Shown here piece after piece: positions 58,055 to 64,000 of a stretch of DNA of 64,000 nucleotides. Position numbers and translations under genes: made by a program. Source of the stretch: a virus; the IMG/VR virus record IMGVR_UViG_3300032092_003271, positions 32,920 through 96,919 of that record. One strand, 5' to 3'. The number at the start of each line of letters is the position of its first letter. Position 1 is the stretch's first letter. The notes under the pieces were generated by a model. The model searched no databases and was not told the origin of the DNA. It saw only the letters and a program-made list of their open reading frames with translations.

Positions 58055-60250
58055 TTAGATAGAACAAACGATCTTCTCTCTATCTTTTGATTTGACATTC
58101 AAAGTGACGGATTCTAAAGTATTTTTGTCTCTGAAGAAATAACCATTAATCGAACTGAATTCAGGTTTTATTCTGAATCTAATTGATAACCTTTTTTCAT
58201 CACATCCTCGTTGACCTTTATTGGACCAATACAGATCAATATATTTGATAGGTACTATTAAATCACCCTCATAAATTATACCGGCCATTTGACTTCTAAC
58301 TTTATCCAAGTACTCCTGTGCAGAAGATTTACTATTTAACCAAGTAAATAATTTATCTATCAACTCATTATACAATTTTATGTAGATTGGTTTTTCATTT
58401 GATAATGAGGTTTGTTTAAAAATAGAAAAGAACTCGGACAAATAGCTATCAATAAACGGGTCCATTTTTTTAACCTCAAAGAATGAACCGACAGGAAATA
58501 TAACATCACCATTCTCATCTTTTAAATCTTGTTTAGTTACTAAATCCGCCTTTATATAATAACTCCCTTTTTTAAAGGATTTAGATAAACAAGAGGTTAT
58601 TTGAAAAAAAGTATAGTTTAAAGTTTCAGTACCCGAATGGATCTTTCGTAACAAATCAATCAACGTTTCTTTCGCATCATCAGAACACTTATAATCTAAT
58701 TGTAATTTTGTAAGATTCTTTTCAAAATATTCTCCTGAAAATCTATCTTCATATTTACTATGTTCTTTCTGTCTAGCATATGCCAACAAACCCTCAATAT
58801 CATTTGGTATTGTTGTTGTGTACCTTTGTTTGTTCAATATTTTTTTTACTTGATCGTTATCATAGTTCTTATCAACAATAAAGTTAGATACTAAATCTAA
58901 AAAGTTTACGGTTCTACTTTTGTCTTGGAGTGATAACTGAATTATTACAGGAAATGTACCAACATTTTTTTTACCAAAAAATTGATCTAATATAAACATT
59001 GATTGTTCCAACTCGTTGACCAAATATTGATCTTCTAAACCATCTCTAAAATTTTTTAATTGACAATATGGTGATCCTTCAACTTTTGATTGTTTACATA
59101 AATAATCTATCTTGGAGTGTCTTCTTAGAGCAATTTCATTTACTTCTTGAGATTCGTTAAGTTTTTTTTTATCGGTACGACCTACAAATAAATCATTAAC
59201 AAATTCCCAATTAACGACATCCCAAAACTTTTGGATATATTCATCACGTTTGTTTTGATATTTCAAGTAGTAAGCATGTTCCCACACATCAAGACCTAAC
59301 AAAGGATAACCACCCTTTTTAACTATATTCATTAATGGATTATCTTGATTTGGTGTAGACATAATTTTTAAATTACCGTCACTGTTAAGATACAACCAAG
59401 CCCATCCTGAACCAAAACGATCCTGAGCGGCTTTGTTGAACTCATCCTTCATTTTTTTAATATTACCAAAATCTTTTTTGATTTTTTTTAAAATCTCACC
59501 ACTTGGTAGTTGTTTTTTAGGGGACAACATTTTCCAAAATAATGCGTGGTTGAAAGCTCCTCCAGCGTTATTCCTAACTTTATTATCAAATTTACTGATA
59601 GTTTTTACGATTTCTTCTAACTCTAAATCACCATCAATATTTTTGATTGCTTTATTTAATTTATCAACATATCCTTTGTAGTGTTTATTGTAATGGATAT
59701 TCATAGTTTTTGAATCTATAAATCTATTCAAAGAGGAATATGAGTAAGGTAACTTTTCAATACCAATTGATTTCATTTCAGAAACCAAATTTTTTTTGAT
59801 TAGTTGTTTTTCGTTTAATAAAATTTGTTCAGATAAAAGACTTACTTTTCCCTCGATACCTTTATGTTCGTACATTAGTTCCTCAAGTTCAGGATATTTT
59901 TTTTCAAATTTTTTGACAATCTGTCCTGCAAAGGCATTTGCTTCGTCTTCATTAATACCACCGATATTAGGTCCGTGTTCTCTACCAAGAATTGTCATTT
60001 GATATTCATGAACCCATTCATGAGCCAATGTTCTCATGATGTCACGATTTAATCTTCCCTTAGCAAGAACTTTAATTAGGTGATCACCTCTTCTACTACC
60101 TGTAGACATCTCACCTTTCCTACCATTTAAAAACATAATTTTTAAATCATTCTTAAGTGGGTATTCATCTTGTAGTAAGGAAATAAACTTTTTAACAAAG
60201 TCTTTTCGATTTTTAATATCGGGATTTTCGTATTTGATAGAAACTTTCAT
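58055..60250 (-). CDS. multidomain protein: HExxH domain + Mn/Fe superoxide dismutase + unknown C-terminal domain
   Basis: TLAHEWVHE; LPYSY..L, TMNIHYNKH..GYV..LN, NNAGGAFNHALFW, FGSGWAWL, TPNQDNP, DVWEHAYYLKYQN. Confidence 0.88.
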   Translation of the reverse strand: MKVSIKYENPDIKNRKDFVKKFISLLQDEYPLKNDLKIMFLNGRKGEMSTGSRRGDHLIKVLAKGRLNRDIMRTLAHEWVHEYQMTILGREHGPNIGGINEDEANAFAGQIVKKFEKKYPELEELMYEHKGIEGKVSLLSEQILLNEKQLIKKNLVSEMKSIGIEKLPYSYSSLNRFIDSKTMNIHYNKHYKGYVDKLNKAIKNIDGDLELEEIVKTISKFDNKVRNNAGGAFNHALFWKMLSPKKQLPSGEILKKIKKDFGNIKKMKDEFNKAAQDRFGSGWAWLYLNSDGNLKIMSTPNQDNPLMNIVKKGGYPLLGLDVWEHAYYLKYQNKRDEYIQKFWDVVNWEFVNDLFVGRTDKKKLNESQEVNEIALRRHSKIDYLCKQSKVEGSPYCQLKNFRDGLEDQYLVNELEQSMFILDQFFGKKNVGTFPVIIQLSLQDKSRTVNFLDLVSNFIVDKNYDNDQVKKILNKQRYTTTIPNDIEGLLAYARQKEHSKYEDRFSGEYFEKNLTKLQLDYKCSDDAKETLIDLLRKIHSGTETLNYTFFQITSCLSKSFKKGSYYIKADLVTKQDLKDENGDVIFPVGSFFEVKKMDPFIDSYLSEFFSIFKQTSLSNEKPIYIKLYNELIDKLFTWLNSKSSAQEYLDKVRSQMAGIIYEGDLIVPIKYIDLYWSNKGQRGCDEKRLSIRFRIKPEFSSINGYFFRDKNTLESVTLNVKSKDREKIVCSI

Positions 60251-60279
60251 CTTTGATAAATATTGTACCGATCAAAAGA

Positions 60280-62046
60280 TTATCGCCTATTGTTGATTAG
60301 ATTCAATATTTCTTCAACAATGTCACCTGTATTTTCTACAATACCATCACCCATTACGGTTCTAATGATTTCTTTTTTACGATTAAGTATATCATAAATT
60401 GCACCCTCAATAGTGTTTTCAAATAGTGGGTAGTAAACCAATACGTTTGATTTTTGACCATAACGATAAGCTCTATCTTCAGCTTGTGCGTGTTCTGCAG
60501 GAACAAAAGATAAATCATTCATAATCACAGCTTCTGCAGAAGTTAAAGTCAAACCAACACCCGCAGCTTTTAAGTTACCAACAAAAACTTTGATTTTATC
60601 ATCGTTTTGAAATTGATCTACAGCTTGTTGACGCATGGCATTAGAACAACTACCATCAAGGTAAACTGCTTGTTTTGAGAAATGTTGGTATATTGTTTGA
60701 AGGGTGTCAGTAAAGTTTGTGAATATTATAACTTTCTTTCCCTGTTCTATAATGTTTTCAGCAAACTCAATTGTTTGTTTTGTTTTTTCATTTGCAATTA
60801 CTTTTCTAACTTTCATAAGTTTAGAAAACTGAACTGTTAAAGATGACGACTCGTCAGGATTTTTATCGTACCAATCAAAATATTCACCCATTAAATCTTC
60901 GTACTCTTTTGACTTTAATCTCAAATAAACAGGTGTAATGATTTTATCAGGTAAATCTAAAACATCTTCTTTTAATCTTCTAAGAATTTGTTTTGATGTA
61001 CGATCTCTTAATTCCTCTAAATTAGATGCCCCTGTCACATTCCATACTTTTCTTTTACCTGCTGTAAATTGGAATCCTTGACAATACCTAATTGCATAAG
61101 CTTTCCAATTCTGAGCAACAGGACTTTCAATTAGATTTAACAAATTATAATAATTCATTGGTCTAGAAGTCATCGGTGTTCCTGTCAATAACCAAACTCG
61201 TTCTACTTTTTTTGCAAAACTATTAATGATCTTTGTTCTTTGTGCCTGAACATTTGATATCATGTGAGCCTCATCTAAGATCACCAAGTCAAATCCACTT
61301 TGTAATAATAGAGACTCATCTTTTTTCTTTGCATCTGAGTCGTGGAAGTTTTTAAGGATATCATAATTAACGATTACAAAATCATCTTCAGTTGAGAATT
61401 TTTTACCTTCCGCAATAAAAACAGGTCTATCTGAATAATTTGCAATTTCTCTTTGCCAATTTATTTTTAAAGATGCGGGGCAAACAATTAATATTTTTTT
61501 CGCACCTGTCTCTAACGCGGCAATAATAGTTGAGGTTGTTTTACCAAGACCCATGTCATCGGCAAGAATAAATCTTTTAGATCCTGCCAGTTTTTCAATC
61601 GCAATTTTTTGATGATCAAGAGGAGGACGATGAGAATATTTAGAATAATCAACACTAACGGACTGAACGTTATGGGTTTTAATTAATGCAGATTTTGGAA
61701 TCCAAAATTCTGATAGTTTATCCCTTTCAAAAAATTTACCCCAAACATGATAAGACTTTTCTTTTTCAACTAAAAGTTTTTCAATATAAATATGGTCTGG
61801 TACTTGAATCAAATATTTTTCTTCTGCGAATTTTTTAGAGAAGTAAGTGTCAAGCTCAACCCATTTACGTGCAATTTTAGGTGTTGAGTTGTGATATGTT
61901 GTAATATATTCCGATTGACTTCTAGTTGGGTAAAATTTACTAGAGACTTCTTTTTTATGTTTGAGATATAGTATATAATTATTTGCACCACTATAACTTT
62001 CGAGCAACTCTAATGCTTTATGTTCTATCAGTGTTTTTGTTTCCAA
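60280..62046 (-). CDS. SNF2-family helicase (SMARCAL1/HARP-like)
   Basis: LADDMGLGKT, CPASLK.NW..E, DEAH, LTGTP..SRP, AAGVGLTLT.A, QAEDRAYR.GQ; TTG start. Confidence 0.92.
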   Translation of the reverse strand: METKTLIEHKALELLESYSGANNYILYLKHKKEVSSKFYPTRSQSEYITTYHNSTPKIARKWVELDTYFSKKFAEEKYLIQVPDHIYIEKLLVEKEKSYHVWGKFFERDKLSEFWIPKSALIKTHNVQSVSVDYSKYSHRPPLDHQKIAIEKLAGSKRFILADDMGLGKTTSTIIAALETGAKKILIVCPASLKINWQREIANYSDRPVFIAEGKKFSTEDDFVIVNYDILKNFHDSDAKKKDESLLLQSGFDLVILDEAHMISNVQAQRTKIINSFAKKVERVWLLTGTPMTSRPMNYYNLLNLIESPVAQNWKAYAIRYCQGFQFTAGKRKVWNVTGASNLEELRDRTSKQILRRLKEDVLDLPDKIITPVYLRLKSKEYEDLMGEYFDWYDKNPDESSSLTVQFSKLMKVRKVIANEKTKQTIEFAENIIEQGKKVIIFTNFTDTLQTIYQHFSKQAVYLDGSCSNAMRQQAVDQFQNDDKIKVFVGNLKAAGVGLTLTSAEAVIMNDLSFVPAEHAQAEDRAYRYGQKSNVLVYYPLFENTIEGAIYDILNRKKEIIRTVMGDGIVENTGDIVEEILNLINNRR

Positions 62047-62102
62047 TTAATCTTTTTTAAAAAAATACTAATAAAAAAGATATTTATCAATAAAATCGTA
62101 TT

Positions 62103-62615
62103 ATGAGAAGTAATGTTCCTATTACAAGATTTGGTAAATTCTTTGGTGATCGTGATTTCGAACTAGAAATTGGTATGGGTCAAGAATGGTTAATTGGTGA
62201 TATGAACTTCACTTGTGTTTTGTATAGAGTAGATAAAAACAAAATAAAAACTGATGACGTATATGGTGAGGCGGTAACAGACGGAATTAAATTTTTACCA
62301 CCTGTAGAGTTTAATGCCTATGTTGGGATTGCGGCACCTGAAAACAAAATGATCGGTTCTACTCGTATGGATCAACTTGAGCCAGGTAATATAACAATGT
62401 CTGTTTATATGAAAACTCTTGAGGATTTAGATATTGAAATTGACTTTGGTGATTACGTTGGTTACTACGATAGTGAAAATTTTGTAAGATATTACACAGT
62501 TGTTAACGATGGTCGTGTAACTTCAGATATAAAACATACCTATAAAGGATTTAAACCTTTTTATAGAACAATAATTGCGGCTCCTGTTGGGCCAAATGAA
62601 TTTAGAGGATTATAA
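62103..62615 (+). CDS. putative head-closure/neck protein (T4 gp14-like)
   Basis: LYRVD...T..DDVYGEA...F.PPVEF, GDY.GY; position ahead of terminator-like and sheath genes. Confidence 0.55.
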   Translation: MRSNVPITRFGKFFGDRDFELEIGMGQEWLIGDMNFTCVLYRVDKNKIKTDDVYGEAVTDGIKFLPPVEFNAYVGIAAPENKMIGSTRMDQLEPGNITMSVYMKTLEDLDIEIDFGDYVGYYDSENFVRYYTVVNDGRVTSDIKHTYKGFKPFYRTIIAAPVGPNEFRGL

Positions 62616-63658
62616 TGGCATTACCAAAAAAACATCCGGTAAAACCGGCAATACCCTTAACATACCCTAAAACTCTTTTACCAAGAAGGGAAGAGATTAA
62701 GGATATGATAACTAAGGATGGTACGTACCTTCCTAAGTCATTATTACATGCCGATTTGGATGGTGGTTTTTTAGAGTTTGTTAAAAATACTTTAAAAATT
62801 TCATCAGAGGGAAAAACTGTACCTGTTGCTGACATACTAATTACAACACAAAACTGGTCTCAGTTTGTCGAAACTTGGGATTTTCAAAACATTGATAAAA
62901 ACATTGAGCCTCCATTTATTACTGTAATTAGAAATCCTGAAGTGAAATACGGAAATAATCCTGCTGTTATGTACAACATACCAAACAGGAGAATGTATTA
63001 TTACATGGAAGTTCCTACTTGGGACGGTAATAGGGTTGGTGCTGACATTTATAAAATACCACAACCTGTACCTGCAGATTTTAAATACACGGTTGCAATT
63101 GTTTGTAATAGAATGAGAGAATTAAACTCTTTTAATAAAAAAGTTTTAGAAACGTTTGCATCAAGACAGGCCTATCAAGTTATTAAAGGTCACTACATCC
63201 CGATTATAAATGATAGTATGACCGATGAATCGGTTTTGGATTTAGAAAAAAGAAAATACTACATACAAAAATATGAATTTACAATGATGGGATTCTTAAT
63301 AGACGAAGATGAGTTTGAGGTGTACCCTGCGTTATCAAGAACTTTTCAAATGTATGAAGTCGATCAAAGACCCGTTAAACGACCTCAGAAAAAACAAATG
63401 CCAGTACAACCCGAAACAATTAGTTTGGTATATCCTGTAGATAATTTGTCTCAAGAATACTTTTTTGAATACACGTGTGATTTAAATTTCGATACCTCAG
63501 ATAATTTAGAAAGTTATTCCGTATTCATAAATGACCAATATTATGGTGATGATGTTGACAAAATTCAAATCAATACTAACGACACATTAAGGATTGATGT
63601 TATTAAACAAGTGAGTGCTGCAGAATCTTCATTAACATTCACACAATTTTTAGTTTAA
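62615..63658 (+). CDS. putative tail completion/sheath-terminator protein (T4 gp15-like)
   Basis: PFITVIR, KIPQPVP.D..Y.V.I, followed by the sheath gene. Confidence 0.5.
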   Translation: MALPKKHPVKPAIPLTYPKTLLPRREEIKDMITKDGTYLPKSLLHADLDGGFLEFVKNTLKISSEGKTVPVADILITTQNWSQFVETWDFQNIDKNIEPPFITVIRNPEVKYGNNPAVMYNIPNRRMYYYMEVPTWDGNRVGADIYKIPQPVPADFKYTVAIVCNRMRELNSFNKKVLETFASRQAYQVIKGHYIPIINDSMTDESVLDLEKRKYYIQKYEFTMMGFLIDEDEFEVYPALSRTFQMYEVDQRPVKRPQKKQMPVQPETISLVYPVDNLSQEYFFEYTCDLNFDTSDNLESYSVFINDQYYGDDVDKIQINTNDTLRIDVIKQVSAAESSLTFTQFLV

Positions 63659-63816
63659 CTTTCCCCGTATATATCTTTCTTCTCCTTACATTTTTCAAGT
63701 ATAAGGTTCTCTAAAAATTTATACATTTTAATACCTCTCTTATCACAATATTTTTTTAGGACATCGTGTACTTCGGCATCAATTTTTAAGTTTTTTATCT
63801 TCTTAGGTTCTTTCAT
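63655..63816 (-). CDS. ribbon-helix-helix DNA-binding protein
   Basis: KNLKIDAEVHDVLKKYC...GIKM..FLE.LI pattern; start moved to MKEPKK (63816). Confidence 0.7.
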   Translation of the reverse strand: MKEPKKIKNLKIDAEVHDVLKKYCDKRGIKMYKFLENLILEKCKEKKDIYGES

Positions 63817-63940
63817 AACGGTAGGCAGAAAAAAGGCAGAATAAAATCTTACCAAAATATAAATAGTTTGTGCAATGTAAAGTTTTTACTAAAAACTCGA
63901 ATATTTATAGGTAAAATAAATAAGTAAAGACATTTTAAAC

Positions 63941-64000
63941 ATGGCAACAAACAGTAAAGTTTTCGTTTCACCTGGTGTTTATACTTCTGAAGTAGATTTG
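63941..64000 (+). CDS. tail sheath protein, N-terminal fragment (runs off the window)
   Basis: MATNSKVFVSPGVYTSEVDL matches the SPGVYxxExD start of myophage sheath proteins; TATTTAT upstream. Confidence 0.85.
   Translation, partial: MATNSKVFVSPGVYTSEVDL

Noticed and set aside
53732-62046. Inteins or introns in PolB or the helicase
   Set aside because: Motifs are normally spaced and no intein termini or homing endonuclease motifs were seen
1-64000. Giant eukaryotic virus (NCLDV) origin, suggested by gmd/fcl, collagen-like repeats and PolB
   Set aside because: Sheath N-terminus, T4-like neck genes, overlapping operons and bacterial-type promoters and terminator indicate a tailed phage
1-64000. 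Stop-codon reassignment as seen in some large phages
   Set aside because: Genes are full length and tightly packed under the standard code, and TAG and TGA stops are followed directly by new genes
1-64000. tRNA or rRNA genes
   Set aside because: Intergenic gaps are short and AT-rich, and no cloverleaf or T-loop signatures were recognised

Overview
This AT-rich window comes from a large (jumbo-type) contractile-tailed phage. It carries T4 gp13/gp14/gp15-like neck and tail-completion genes, the start of a tail sheath gene at the right edge, a family B DNA polymerase, a SNF2 helicase and a dUTPase. Shine-Dalgarno motifs are generally absent and the promoters resemble TTG..TAnnTTT, which tentatively points to a Bacteroidota host. 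About 50 kb alternates between two block types. The first is soluble glycan-building enzymes: Gmd/Fcl, WbpB/WbpD-like enzymes, about 19 genes with glycosyltransferase-like domains (GT11, GT15, GT60, GT9, Aah/TibC-like, HtrL), five methyltransferase domains, two acetyltransferases, a DegT domain and a sulfation module (sulfotransferase, CysC, an HxGH nucleotidyltransferase, DUF2061). The second is probable virion proteins with Thr-Pro mucin-like tracts, proline-free Gly-Ser/Thr-Ser triplet repeats and LamG domains. No flippase, Wzy or polyprenyl-phosphate transferase is visible, and several enzymes belong to protein O-glycosylating families. The leading hypothesis is an autonomous system that builds a fucosylated, methylated and sulfated O-glycan coat on the virion. 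Other points of interest are an oriented TATTTAT late-promoter motif, a Mn-SOD embedded in an apparent head polyprotein, a stand-alone WYL protein and a possible pseudoknot in the polymerase leader. All family calls come from motif recognition by eye; no searches were run.
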